A stretch of DNA of 61,475 bases, filler included. It is 7 parts of 7 records of this genome, joined end to end, with 100 filler letters (N's around TTAATTAATTAA, not from the genome) between each part and the next. Parts side by side here need not be neighbours in the genome. Positions count along the whole stretch, not along the records: positions 16,930 to 23,989 come from SRR31147125_47289; positions 24,090 to 34,974 come from SRR31147125_47349; 5 more parts are not named here. One strand, given 5' to 3'. Position numbers and translations under genes: made by a program. Below, in pieces: positions 21,292 through 32,329 of the stretch (positions are counted from its first letter, which is position 1; each line of letters begins with the position of its first letter). The notes beneath the pieces are model-generated. The model ran no database searches. It saw only the letters and a program-made list of their open reading frames with translations, and was not told where the DNA came from.

Positions 21292-21918
21292 ATGAATATT
21301 TATACAATTGAAGGAGGTATGCTGGGCACTAATTCGTATTTGCTTGTTGCAGAAGAGGGATTATCTGCAGTGCTGATTGATGCAGGATGCTCAATTTCAG
21401 CATTAAACAAGGAAGTAGAAAAACATGCTAGTGGAATATCTGTAGTTTTACTAACACATGGACATTTTGACCATATAACAATATTGGAAAAAGTAAAAGA
21501 GAAATATAACCCCAAAATTTATATACATAAAGATGATGCAGAAATGCTAAAGGATCCGAAAGAAAACATGTCGGATAGATTTATGAGAAAGATTATAGCT
21601 TTAGATAGTGCTGACATTCTATTAAATGATGGAGATAAGCTTTCAATAGAAGGTATAGATATTGAAGTAATTCATACACCTGGACATACAATGGGAAGTT
21701 GTATTTTTATGATAGAAGATAATTGTTTTTCTGGGGATACATTGTTTAAAGGGAGTGTAGGTAGATTCGACTTTCCTCATTCTGATTTTGAATTATTGTT
21801 TGCATCATTAGCAAAGATTAAAAAGATCATACCAAAGAATACTGCGATACATCCAGGACATGGGAAAAATACTACTCTCGCAGAAGAATTAATGAATAAT
21901 CCGCATTTACAATTTTAA
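21292..21918 (+). CDS. MBL-fold metallo-hydrolase (glyoxalase II-like)
   Basis: THGHFDH, HTPGHT, FSGDTLF and PGHG motifs. Confidence 0.9.
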   Translation: MNIYTIEGGMLGTNSYLLVAEEGLSAVLIDAGCSISALNKEVEKHASGISVVLLTHGHFDHITILEKVKEKYNPKIYIHKDDAEMLKDPKENMSDRFMRKIIALDSADILLNDGDKLSIEGIDIEVIHTPGHTMGSCIFMIEDNCFSGDTLFKGSVGRFDFPHSDFELLFASLAKIKKIIPKNTAIHPGHGKNTTLAEELMNNPHLQF

Positions 21919-21952
21919 AATTAAGAATTAAAATATTACAAAGGAGAGATCA

Positions 21953-23071
21953 ATGAAAGATAAAAGATTACAAACACTTGCACACAATCTAGTAAATTAT
22001 TCGTGTAAGCTAAAAAAGGGAGAGAAAGTTTTAATACAAATAAGCGGAGAACATTTTGAATTTGGTACGCTTTTGGTTAAAGAGGCATATGTAGCAGGTG
22101 CCCTGCCTTTTGTAAAGACAAGTAATTCACAGATGCAGAGGGCATTGTTAATGGATATTTCAGAGGAAGCATTGAAAATAATTACAGAAAATGATGCTGC
22201 GCTGATGAAACAAATGGATGCTTATATAGGGGTACGCGGAGGAGATAATACTGCAGAGTTAAGTGACATTCCAAGCGATAAGATGGGAATGTATATGAGC
22301 ATATATGGCAAAAAAGTTCATTCTGAAATAAGAGTAAATGAAACTAGATGGGTTGTACTAAGATATCCTTCATCATCAATGGCACAGGCCGCAAATATGA
22401 GTACAGAGGCATTTGAAGACTACTATTTTAATGTATGTAATTTAGATTATAAGAGTATGTTTGAGGCAATGAAGCCGTTGAAAGCTTTAATGGAAAAGAC
22501 AGATAAAGTCCGATTAGTTGCTGAAAACACGGACTTGACTTTTTCTATAAAAGATATTCCAGTAGTACCATGCGCAGGAGAATATAATATACCGGATGGA
22601 GAGGTATTTACAGCACCAGTAAAAAATAGTGTTAATGGTAAAATCACATTTAATACACCTGCTCTATATCAAGGTTTTACTTACGAAAATATATGCTTTG
22701 AGTTTGAAAATGGCAAAATTATAAAAGCAACGTGTAATGCAACAGATAAAATAAATGTTGTGCTAGATAGTGATGAAGGATCAAGATATGTTGGTGAATT
22801 TGCTATCGGTGTAAATCCATATATAACAACTCCCATGAAGGATATCTTATTTGATGAGAAAATTGCTGGTTCTATCCATTTTACTCCTGGACAATGTTAT
22901 GAAGAGGCACCAAACGGGAATGACTCAGCTATACATTGGGATTTAGTTCTAATACAAACTCCTGAATTTGGCGGAGGGGAAATATACTTTGATGATGTAT
23001 TAATTAGAAAAGATGGCTTATTTATACTAGATGAGCTAAAAGTATTAAACCCTGACGTACTAAAAGGATAA
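21953..23071 (+). CDS. Aminopeptidase, family M29 (AmpS/AmpT-like)
   Basis: NIPDGEVFTAP, GEFAIGVN, LFDEKIAGSIHFTPG and SAIHWDLV. Confidence 0.92.
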   Translation: MKDKRLQTLAHNLVNYSCKLKKGEKVLIQISGEHFEFGTLLVKEAYVAGALPFVKTSNSQMQRALLMDISEEALKIITENDAALMKQMDAYIGVRGGDNTAELSDIPSDKMGMYMSIYGKKVHSEIRVNETRWVVLRYPSSSMAQAANMSTEAFEDYYFNVCNLDYKSMFEAMKPLKALMEKTDKVRLVAENTDLTFSIKDIPVVPCAGEYNIPDGEVFTAPVKNSVNGKITFNTPALYQGFTYENICFEFENGKIIKATCNATDKINVVLDSDEGSRYVGEFAIGVNPYITTPMKDILFDEKIAGSIHFTPGQCYEEAPNGNDSAIHWDLVLIQTPEFGGGEIYFDDVLIRKDGLFILDELKVLNPDVLKG

Positions 23072-23092
23072 ACTGTGTAGAATATACCTTAT

Positions 23093-23125
23093 AAAAGGAA
23101 CTGCCTTGAAAAACAGTTCCTTTTT
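23093..23125. terminator. Bidirectional intrinsic terminator
   Basis: AAAAGGAACTG..CAGTTCCTTTTT between convergent genes. Confidence 0.8.
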
Positions 23126-23899
23126 CTATTGTTCTGAAAGCTCTATTATTATATTATCGAAATAAATAGAAGAAATATTAGGTATGCTTGTTTCAACAGC
23201 GATTAGCACACAGATTAGTCCATCATCATTAGTAGATATATTAAACGATTGTGTAAAGTGCCTGTATTGATATGAATCATCGTCACTATTTACTTTTTCT
23301 GCTGTTCCTAGCGTTCTGCCATCAGATCCGCTGTTTATCAAACTTCCTATGTTCCAATTGCTTCTTACAATGTCATTGTCATCAATTATAGTTAAAAAAG
23401 GCACGCTGGATACTCCAGCTTTAACATACATAGCTTCATAGGATGTAGTATCATCTGTTGGGCTTTTTATATTTGTTGCAATATCAAAATCCACTTGCAC
23501 GCTGTATTGAGCATTAGTAAGAGCTACAATATCTTTAGTTAAGTACATAATCAAACTCTCGGACTCATTATTCCCAGACATAAACAAACCTTTTGAAGAG
23601 GAATTTGGGATATCCTTTATTTCTGCGGTTAACTGATAGATTGTTTCTTTATTTTCTGGATAGTTTGCAAAACCATATGTATATGCATTGTTGCCAGATT
23701 CAAAATCTGTAATATCGGCAAAAACAGGTTTGTTTGTTGTTTCATTTTCAGATGCTATTGTAGGAGTTGGAGTGGGTGTAGATCTTGCAGGGGGTATAGG
23801 AGTTTGCGTTGGAGCTTCCTCTTGCTTTCTGCACGATACTAAAATAGCTAAAAGGGCAAATATAATTAAGAATACACATTTTTTTTTCATAGATATCAT
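23126..23899 (-). CDS. Hypothetical lipoprotein
   Basis: MKKKCVFLIIFALLAILVSC lipobox, Pro/Thr linker and a beta-rich domain. Confidence 0.75.
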   Translation of the reverse strand: MISMKKKCVFLIIFALLAILVSCRKQEEAPTQTPIPPARSTPTPTPTIASENETTNKPVFADITDFESGNNAYTYGFANYPENKETIYQLTAEIKDIPNSSSKGLFMSGNNESESLIMYLTKDIVALTNAQYSVQVDFDIATNIKSPTDDTTSYEAMYVKAGVSSVPFLTIIDDNDIVRSNWNIGSLINSGSDGRTLGTAEKVNSDDDSYQYRHFTQSFNISTNDDGLICVLIAVETSIPNISSIYFDNIIIELSEQ

Positions 23900-23989
23900 T
23901 TCCTTTAATACTTTAAAAATAATAGTTAAATATATTCTGCCCCGAAAGAAAAATAGTATTTATGGGACTGTTGAAAAATAGAAATTTTT

Positions 23990-24089
23990 NNNNNNNNNNN
24001 NNNNNNNNNNNNNNNNNNNNNNNNNNNNNNNNNTTAATTAATTAANNNNNNNNNNNNNNNNNNNNNNNNNNNNNNNNNNNNNNNNNNNN
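23990..24089. other. Artificial contig spacer
   Basis: N44-TTAATTAATTAA-N44. Confidence 0.98.
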
Positions 24090-24482
24090 TTTTTCGGAAT
24101 GACATTCGGCACATTTCTCATGAGACAAAACTATTTAAGCGTCCCAGATGACTTGATTGACGCGGCAAAGATTGATGGGTGTTCCTATTTCAGAATTTAT
24201 TGGCAGATCATGATTCCGTTATCACAAAGTGCTTTGACAACACTCTCTTTTCTCTACTTCACCTGGACTTGGAATGATTATGAAAAACCACTGCTGTATT
24301 TGCGGACTACGAGTAAATTTACATTACCCCTGGCCTTGAAATATTTTTCAGATGAATTTTTTACAAACTATTCAGCTATTATGGCTGCTGCGGTGAGTTC
24401 AACTATCCCGCTTATTATTTTATATATATTTGCCCAAAAATACCTGGTAGCAGGAATAGCTTCCACAGGTATAAAGGGATAA
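24090..24482 (+). CDS. Carbohydrate ABC transporter permease (MalG-like), 5' truncated
   Basis: EAA loop PDDLIDAAKIDGCS, WNDY and C-terminal GIASTGIKG. Confidence 0.9.
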   Translation, partial: FFGMTFGTFLMRQNYLSVPDDLIDAAKIDGCSYFRIYWQIMIPLSQSALTTLSFLYFTWTWNDYEKPLLYLRTTSKFTLPLALKYFSDEFFTNYSAIMAAAVSSTIPLIILYIFAQKYLVAGIASTGIKG

Positions 24483-24555
24483 ATACATAATTAATTGAAT
24501 CTGCTGTTCGGTACCAACATCAGAACAATTAACAAACGAGTAAAGGAGTTAATCT

Positions 24556-25947
24556 ATGACAAAAACTAAACGAAGTGTAATTTTAATTTTTGCTGTATTG
24601 ATAATGTGTGCGGCAATGGTTTGGGCAGGAGGTCAGGAAGATGCTGATTCCACAGCTTCCGGGGAAAGTAATGTAACATTAAAATGGTATGGCGCAGGCT
24701 TTCAGCAAAATAATAAAGCAGAAAAACTTATTGAGCGGTATCAGGTAATTAATCCCGATGTAGATATTGAGTATGTTGAACTTGGTTCCCTTCTAAACGA
24801 GGAGTTTTTCTCAAAGTATGATGTGCTTATTGCTTCTGGAGAGCAAGCTGACGTTGTGTATATGGGGTTAGGAGATATTCTCAAACGTGCCCTGAATGGG
24901 GCAATGCTGCCAGTTAATGATTATATCGAAGCTTCTGGAGATGATTTTACTGCTGATTATGGTGAAGATTTTAAAATGCTGGAAATAGATAAAGATATCT
25001 ATGGAGTTCCGTATTCAATTAATGCTTTCAGAGTATTTTATAATAAAGATTGGTTAGATTCAGAAGGCATCACAATTCCGGAAAATTGGACATTTGATCA
25101 ATTTCTTGAAATAATAAGAGAAATTTCTGACCCTGAAAACAACATATATGGGTCATTCCTACCTCTTACCTGGACAGGATTAACGTATGCTCCGGCTGAA
25201 GTTGCCGGATGGACGATGGTCAAGGAAGTAAATGGCAGTATAGAACCAAATTTTGATGATCCAAGATTTATAAAGAATATGGAATATCTCTATCAGATGA
25301 CAGTATCTGAAATGCTGAATCCAGATTTACCGACAACAAAAGCAGAACGACTGAACAGGCGATTATTTTTAGCTGAAAAAAATACTCCAATTATCGTTGA
25401 CAGCTGGTACTCTTTGATCTGGTTAAACAAATATCGATTTGATTCAGAACAGGTGAAAGAGTTGGATTTCGAGATCGGTGTAACCGAATTTCCAAGATTG
25501 GATGCATCAGTTCCTGAAGATGTAAATTATTCGGCTCTTGTTGGAGCATGGGCAATTCCTAAAACTGCAAAGTATCCGGAAGTAGCTTATGACTTTGCAA
25601 GATTTGTATCAAATGATAATCCGGATACGGTGTTAGGTATCCCAGCATACAAGAAGATTGATTTGGCTGACACAATCGTAACATTCACGGAATATGAAGA
25701 TGCTGATGGAGTCCAATATACCCAGGTTTATCCAGATTCATTAATCTATGACACTTTGACAGTAACTGATAAAAGTCACTTTGGATATAATGGATTTGAT
25801 CCATTGCTTGTAGCAAAATATAATTCCGTACTTGAACAATTATATGCCCAGGAATTGGAAATGTACCTTATTGGTGAGTCTACATTAGATGAGTTTATCG
25901 ATACTATGCAGGAACGTGGAGCGGAAGAAATAGCTAAACTCGATTAA
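24556..25947 (+). CDS. Carbohydrate ABC substrate-binding protein
   Basis: RBS AAGGAG, spirochaete-style signal ..MVWAGGQED, and IYGVPY..VFYNKD family 1 SBP motif. Confidence 0.88.
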   Translation: MTKTKRSVILIFAVLIMCAAMVWAGGQEDADSTASGESNVTLKWYGAGFQQNNKAEKLIERYQVINPDVDIEYVELGSLLNEEFFSKYDVLIASGEQADVVYMGLGDILKRALNGAMLPVNDYIEASGDDFTADYGEDFKMLEIDKDIYGVPYSINAFRVFYNKDWLDSEGITIPENWTFDQFLEIIREISDPENNIYGSFLPLTWTGLTYAPAEVAGWTMVKEVNGSIEPNFDDPRFIKNMEYLYQMTVSEMLNPDLPTTKAERLNRRLFLAEKNTPIIVDSWYSLIWLNKYRFDSEQVKELDFEIGVTEFPRLDASVPEDVNYSALVGAWAIPKTAKYPEVAYDFARFVSNDNPDTVLGIPAYKKIDLADTIVTFTEYEDADGVQYTQVYPDSLIYDTLTVTDKSHFGYNGFDPLLVAKYNSVLEQLYAQELEMYLIGESTLDEFIDTMQERGAEEIAKLD

Positions 25948-25969
25948 TAGAAACAGTATCAAAACATTT

Positions 25970-26000
25970 TAGGGGAGAGTGGTAATACTACTTTCCCCTA
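25970..26000. terminator. Intrinsic terminator hairpin between convergent genes
   Basis: TAGGGGAGAGTGGT-AAT-ACTACTTTCCCCTA. Confidence 0.7.
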
Positions 26001-26019
26001 ATTTATTTGCTTATATGCT

Positions 26020-27570
26020 CTAAAAAATGGGCAGCTTATTTCGGTATTCAGAAGGAGTTTCATAGGACACTTTTTTAAATACTCGGCTAAAATATTTCAC
26101 ATCTGAAAAACCGGATAAACAAGATATTTCCTGAAAGTTTTTTGATGGATATTTACGGATTAATTCTCGGGCAAAGGAAATACGACAGGTTGCTATTTCT
26201 TCGGTGACGGTTTTGCCGGTTTTTTGCTTGAAAATCCTACTGATGTAATCAGTACTGAGTTTGAATTCTTTAGAGAGCACATCCAGGGAAATAGGCTGTG
26301 TACAATGTTCCTGTATGTATGATCGAATATGGTGTACAACTCGTTCTGCTTTTCCTGCATTGAAGTTTTTCTTTAGTAAAGTTTGAATAGAGGTCAAGTA
26401 TTCAGTTAGATGATTATAAAGCACAAATAATGAGGATTCTTTATGACAAATTTCGTATGGATTACAATTTGCTGTTAATATTGAGGATTCGGCAAGTGAC
26501 CATTCATCTAGAGCAATTGACACGCGACGCAGCATATCAAGCATTGATGAAAAAATAGAATGGACGGATGGTAAATGTCTGGGGATATACTGCTGAAATA
26601 GAAAATCTGTTAATTCAATTGCTTCATTGAAATCATTGATTAGAATCAGATCCAGTACATCATCTCTGTATGTTTTTAACTGCTCTAACTGTTCAGATGG
26701 GTTGATTTTGTCTTTTCGTATATTCGATTTTTGCAGTAATTCTGCATATAAACAAGAATTATAGCATTCAAGGATAGATGCTTTAAGTTCGGTTGTGCTG
26801 GATATTCCAATATATACTTTATTTTCCTGTAGAAAATTGCGGGCTTTACCTTTTATATGCTGAGCTGTTTTTAATAATTCAGATTGCAGATTGGCAAATT
26901 CGTCTGAATTATCTGCCCATGCAATAAATAAATAATCTGTATTGAAACGTTTAACAGTTAACTTCTTTGTTTTTTTTCCGAATTCATCAGTAATAAATTC
27001 TTCAAGTGCAGCTGCATTATTTATTATGCGAATATATATTGCAACAAAAAAAGCAGCTTGGTTATCAATAACTTCAGGAATATTGTCACAAACATCCTCA
27101 GGCTTATGCAGAATAATTTGATCAGCCCAGTCAGAATAATTGAGTAAGTCTGCTTTTTGCTGCTCAAGCTGAAGATGCTGACTCGTTAATCGTTTTTTTG
27201 CTTCAGCCAACGCCTTTTCCAGGTCGGTAATGTTAGTTGGCTTCAATATATAATCAATAACATCATAAGCAAGTGCTTTTTTTGCATAGGAAAATTCATC
27301 GAACCCGCTAAGGATCAGTATTTGCATATTAGGACAGTTCTGCCTCACCTTTTCAATGAGTTCTAAACCCGACATGCCTGGCATTTTAATATCCGTTAAC
27401 AATAAATCAACTTGATTTTTTTTGATAAACTGGAGGGCATCATTCCCGTTATCAAAAATACCAGAGATATTGAAACCAAGATCTTTCCATAAAACGATAT
27501 TTTGCAGACCGTCACGGATAGTCTTTTCATCATCGACAATAACGGCTGAATGATATCTATTGCTCATCAT
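26020..27570 (-). CDS. YesN-like response regulator (REC plus AraC HTH)
   Basis: IVDDE, LTDIKMPGMSGLE, YILKP and YISRIFKQKTG..GFSDVKYFSRVFKK. Confidence 0.92.
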   Translation of the reverse strand: MMSNRYHSAVIVDDEKTIRDGLQNIVLWKDLGFNISGIFDNGNDALQFIKKNQVDLLLTDIKMPGMSGLELIEKVRQNCPNMQILILSGFDEFSYAKKALAYDVIDYILKPTNITDLEKALAEAKKRLTSQHLQLEQQKADLLNYSDWADQIILHKPEDVCDNIPEVIDNQAAFFVAIYIRIINNAAALEEFITDEFGKKTKKLTVKRFNTDYLFIAWADNSDEFANLQSELLKTAQHIKGKARNFLQENKVYIGISSTTELKASILECYNSCLYAELLQKSNIRKDKINPSEQLEQLKTYRDDVLDLILINDFNEAIELTDFLFQQYIPRHLPSVHSIFSSMLDMLRRVSIALDEWSLAESSILTANCNPYEICHKESSLFVLYNHLTEYLTSIQTLLKKNFNAGKAERVVHHIRSYIQEHCTQPISLDVLSKEFKLSTDYISRIFKQKTGKTVTEEIATCRISFARELIRKYPSKNFQEISCLSGFSDVKYFSRVFKKVSYETPSEYRNKLPIF

Positions 27571-30441
27571 CTTCTTTACCTATCTGATTTTTATATTCTA
27601 TTGCGGGGAAAACTAGGGTAATAGCTGTGCCGCAGCCAGGAGTGCTGTCTAAAGTTATACCATATTTCCCCCCAAAGATTGAGGCAATACGTTGGTTGGT
27701 ATTGTACAACCCAATACTTTGCAACTCTGAATTATACTGCCTGTTTTTGATTTTGTTTCTGAGCAGTTCTAATTTTTCCGGATTAATTCCAGGACCTGTA
27801 TCCTCAACTTTCAATTCAATATCATTATTGAAAATGGAACCGGAAATTCGTACTGTACCGCCGGTTTCAACTTTACTGATGCCGTGATTAATAGCATTTT
27901 CCACTATTGGCTGCAGCAATAAAGGGATAGTTGCATAATCAAGGATCTGAGAATCAATATTCCACTCCACGCACAAAGCATCACCATATCGTATGTTCTG
28001 TATAGAGAGATATTCCTCTACTAATTCAATCTGCTTTCTGATTGGAATTAAGTGTGTTTTACTGTGTGAAAGGCTTTCTCTCAAAATCTTTGCCAGAGAC
28101 GTAACAATCGTGCTTATTTCATTGTTGCGCCCCAATTGACTTAGAGCTTTCCAGTTTACTGTATCTAGTGTGTTGTATAAAAAATGAGGATTTATCTGTG
28201 TTTGCAGGGATATTATCTGGGCTTCTTTTTGATGGATTTCCGCTTCCCGTTTTTTTCCTGGGCGGTAATCATATTCTTTATTGATTGTTGTAAACGTTGT
28301 GTCATTTCAAAAAAGTTATATGCCATCTGCTGTATTTCTATTGGGGCTTTTTTGTATGGGTCCAAATTATGGGATGTAGAAAAAGCCTGCATTTCAGACA
28401 TGGATTTACTCAATTGCAGAAGCGGTTGTGTGATTCTTTTTGATATACTGATTATGATAATAATACTTCCAATAATTATCACTATCAGTATCGATGTAGT
28501 AAAAATAATCATTGGAGTAGTAATCCCTTCTGAAACAGGTTGAGTATATTCACCAATTAGTACTAAATTAAAATCTGATTTCCCAAGCAAGGTGAATTTC
28601 CGGTCATTTTCAATTTGGGATATAGGTTCATCAAAGGGTAATATGAAATCACCCTGGTTGAAATTTCTATCTTTGTCTTTTCTGTACAGTAAAATACCAT
28701 TATTATTATGAGCCAATACAATTTGTTCCCATGTTGTGGTATCAAGACGTTGCATGATGTATTCAAAATAGCTGATATCCAATGCAAAAGTTATGTATCC
28801 AATATGTGCCCCTATTTTTTTATTGTTTTGCAGTATGCAGAATAATTTATTTCCCATAAGCAGATATGAATCACCTGAGTTGTCATGGATAGAAAACTGC
28901 CCATTTTTTTCCATCCAATCTAGTTCAAATGTGGCAGGAAGTTTTTCACTTAGACCTTTAGCAGTGAGGGATGAGCTGGTCAGTAGCTTTCCCGATTCAT
29001 CATAAACGGAAATATTGTGCAAATAACGTTGGTTAAGAAGTTCGGCAGTCAGTACAGCATTGATTATCTCTATAGAAGTTTTTTCTGATTCTTCGGATTG
29101 AAAATGTATATTTGTCAGAGCTTGCTGGAAGTCCATATTTGTCCATATTCTTTCACTGATGTTTTCAAAAGAATGGTGTGACAAGTTTAACGTATTAAGC
29201 ATCTGTGTTATTTCATTTCGATGAGACTGCTGAACATGCTTATTATGGGAAACCGCAAAAGCTGTGAAATTTACTATAACAAAAAGTAGTAAAGGAAGAA
29301 TGGTTATGAAAATATAATACTTTGTTATTCGTTGCCTGAATGAAATTGGAAAGGTAGAAATTTTTGTTTCTGAATGTTTTGATGTATTGTTTTCAAAGTT
29401 CTCTATATTTTTGGAAAAAAGTTGTGTCTGCTCTGAAAGATTTCTGAGAGGAATAGTTAACTGATCGGACAGCTTGATTGCAACATAAACTGCAAGCACA
29501 ACACAAAAAATGAATGAAATGAATAATATCCCGAGATAGGGTTTTAGTTTTGTAAGAATGGTATTAACAGATATAATTGAAACAATTTTCCACTCGGGAA
29601 CAATAGAACTATGAATTGTTGTACTATATGGCCAAGTAAAAGAATTAATTTCTTTAACCTTTTCCAGATTGTTTGGAAAGTTCCCCTTTTTTATCAGTGT
29701 TGTCATTTGATTTTCATTAAATAATGATTGATATTCATCGGGAGAAAAATATATTGCGGCGGTATCTACTGACAAGTTAGAATCGAAAGATACTAGCGCT
29801 TGTCCCAACACAGCTTTATTCACACCAACTATAAGCATTCCAATTTCATTATTCCCTTCAATAGATTGATCACTGTAAACACGACGAATTAAATAGATGT
29901 AGTTATCATGAAGAACCCCCTGCAAGTTATCTATTGAATCCGTCCAGGCTAATAACTGATCTTCTGAGCTGAAAAAATGCGAGAAATCAAGACTAATAGA
30001 ATCGGTTGTATTGTTTCCATAATCATTGTTGCCTTCAATTTTTGTATAATCAAATCGATCTGTTAATACAATATACTGAAAATCATTTCTTAAAATGTTG
30101 ATGTACTCAATTTCTTGCCTGGATCCAAAAAAGTTAAAAAACACCGAATCAAGTTGAGTATGCAAGATATACCTGTCAATTTCATTTTCACCAATTTCAG
30201 GCTTTTTAAAAATTTCCTGAATTAAAGAGTTTGATGCCAGGTTATTAGTGGCGTGTTCGATTTCATTTAAAATGGAATCGAAATTTTCCCGTAAAGCTTC
30301 ATTGGTAGTTATTTGATCTTCTACTGCAGAATCGAATAGTGATTTAGAAATTATTATGATGTGAACTATTGAAAACAGAAATATTGGAACTAGAATTATA
30401 ATAATCCCTTTTGAAAGAATTTCAGATTTAATAGTTTTCAT
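27557..30441 (-). CDS. YesM-like sensor histidine kinase with two periplasmic/HAMP modules, frameshifted near 28250
   Basis: ORF 28213-30441 has four TM segments. A frame change in an A-run restores LQTQINPHFLYNTLDTVNW leading into ORF 27557-28135 (LQPIVENAINHG, DTGPGI, IGLYN). Confidence 0.85.
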
Positions 30442-30550
30442 GATGGTTCCAAGGGCAAAATCTTAATAATTATAGGAGATAGTTTATAAGTTCATCATAA
30501 CATAATTTCAGTCTCTTTTGGGATCATTTTCTGATGAGTAGAGTAATAAA

Positions 30551-30583
30551 AATAAAACCTGCCGGTATTCGACAGGTTTTATT
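30551..30583 (-). terminator. Intrinsic terminator of the etf/acyl-CoA dehydrogenase operon
   Basis: AATAAAACCTG..CAGGTTTTATT. Confidence 0.7.
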
Positions 30584-30632
30584 ATATGAGCTTTAATAGA
30601 AATTTTTTAACCAATCACATCCGAATAATTTT

Positions 30633-32315
30633 TCAGGAACGTCGTCCACCATCATAGATATAGTGCATGTTCATATGCACCCTGGTCGACATCTTTTCAA
30701 TAAAAATCTCGGCTATGCGAAGTTTGCGTTCCGAATGTGCGGCATCCCGCAGCAGCAGGTAGGACTGCACAAGATCGGTCGCCATCTCCACGCAGCGTCG
30801 TGCATGGAAGGTGGTAAACTGCTGCTCATCGGTCTCTTTCACACAGATGAGAGCCTTGTCAAAATCGAGTCGGGCCTTTCTGATCTTCTTCAGCAGCTCG
30901 GGTGCATAGGAGTAGTCTTCTCCATCATATTCATCCATGATTGATGTCGCTGTACCTGAAGTAACTCCGCCTATAGCCGCAACAACCTGCAGCTGGGTGG
31001 TTCCTTCATAGATATTGGTAATACGGGCATCACGATAGTGACGTTCAACGTTGAACTCCTGCATATATCCGGTACCGCCGTGAATCTGTATAGCATCGTA
31101 AGCCGTCTTATTGGCCATCTCGGTATTGTAGGCCTTAATCATCGGCGTATAAAGATTGGCCAGACGTGAATACTTTTTCAGATCGGTTCTGAACTCGGCT
31201 TTTCTCTCCGGGTACTTTTCAGCCATATGTTCAAGACCCTCTTTCAGGTCCACAATCTTGGCCGTTTCATAGAGAAGTGCTCTTCCGGCTTCAATAGCAA
31301 CCCGCATTTCGGTCAGCATCTCAAATACAGGAGGAAGTTCCCGCACCGGAGCATTGAACTGAATACGTTCTCCGGCATATTTATCGGCTTCACGATAAGC
31401 AGCCTCGGCAATACCCAGAGCCTGAGAAGCTATGCCAAGTCGGGCACTGTTCATCAGCCACATGGTGTACTTGGTAAGACCGCGCCTTCTCTCTCCAACC
31501 AGAGTAGCCGGAGCGTTGTTGAACTGCAGCTCGCAGGTCGGTGAACCGTGAATTCCCAGTTTATGTTCAAGGCGGCGAATCTTCATATGTTCATCACGCG
31601 TATAGAGAAAAAATGAAAGTCCGCGAGCGCCTGTCTGACCCTCTTCGCTTCGAGCAAGTACCAGACCGACTTTACCGTTTCCGTTTGTAATGAAACGCTT
31701 AACACCGTTCAGTACCCAGTTTCCGTTTTCGTCCTGGGTAGCCCGCAGGTTTACGGCCTGGAGGTCGCTTCCGGCATCCGGTTCGGTCAGAATCATGGAA
31801 GAACCATATTCACCCGAGGCGAGCTTAGGAAGAATCTCCTGCTTCTGCTCCTCGGAACCGAACTTGTTCAGGGTCTCCCCGATATCCTGCTGCAGGCCGA
31901 AGTTGAGGAACGATGCATCGGCTCTGGACACGATTTCACCGGCAATGGTCAGCATAATTATCGGAAAGTTAAGGCCGCCGTACTTGCGCGGCAGGCAGAA
32001 TCCCATGAGATCCGCCTGGGCAAACATATCCTGCACTTCTTTAGTTCCCTTGGCATACACTACCTCGCCATCAACCAGCTGAACTCCCTCTTCATCAATA
32101 TCAGCTGCCACGGGAGCTAGTGTTTCTCCACTAATCTCACCGATGATCGACAAAACCTGCTTGTATGAATCCATGGCATCGGCCGCGTCTTCCGGTGCGT
32201 AAGGAAACTGGACAGCTTCCTTGAAATGGTCCTCTTTATACGTTATGACCCGTTCGAGGTCCAGATGTTCCAGCTGAAACAGAATGTCTTCATTATCTAA
32301 AAAGAAATTTTCCAT
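30633..32315 (-). CDS. Acyl-CoA dehydrogenase (long type associated with EtfBA)
   Basis: LTEPDAGSDL, NGVKRFITNG, KLGIHGSPTCEL, IQIHGGTGY and IYEGTTQLQ. A late frameshift may move the true stop to 30607. Confidence 0.93.
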   Translation of the reverse strand: MENFFLDNEDILFQLEHLDLERVITYKEDHFKEAVQFPYAPEDAADAMDSYKQVLSIIGEISGETLAPVAADIDEEGVQLVDGEVVYAKGTKEVQDMFAQADLMGFCLPRKYGGLNFPIIMLTIAGEIVSRADASFLNFGLQQDIGETLNKFGSEEQKQEILPKLASGEYGSSMILTEPDAGSDLQAVNLRATQDENGNWVLNGVKRFITNGNGKVGLVLARSEEGQTGARGLSFFLYTRDEHMKIRRLEHKLGIHGSPTCELQFNNAPATLVGERRRGLTKYTMWLMNSARLGIASQALGIAEAAYREADKYAGERIQFNAPVRELPPVFEMLTEMRVAIEAGRALLYETAKIVDLKEGLEHMAEKYPERKAEFRTDLKKYSRLANLYTPMIKAYNTEMANKTAYDAIQIHGGTGYMQEFNVERHYRDARITNIYEGTTQLQVVAAIGGVTSGTATSIMDEYDGEDYSYAPELLKKIRKARLDFDKALICVKETDEQQFTTFHARRCVEMATDLVQSYLLLRDAAHSERKLRIAEIFIEKMSTRVHMNMHYIYDGGRRS

Positions 32316-32329
32316 CTTGTACCCCTTGT

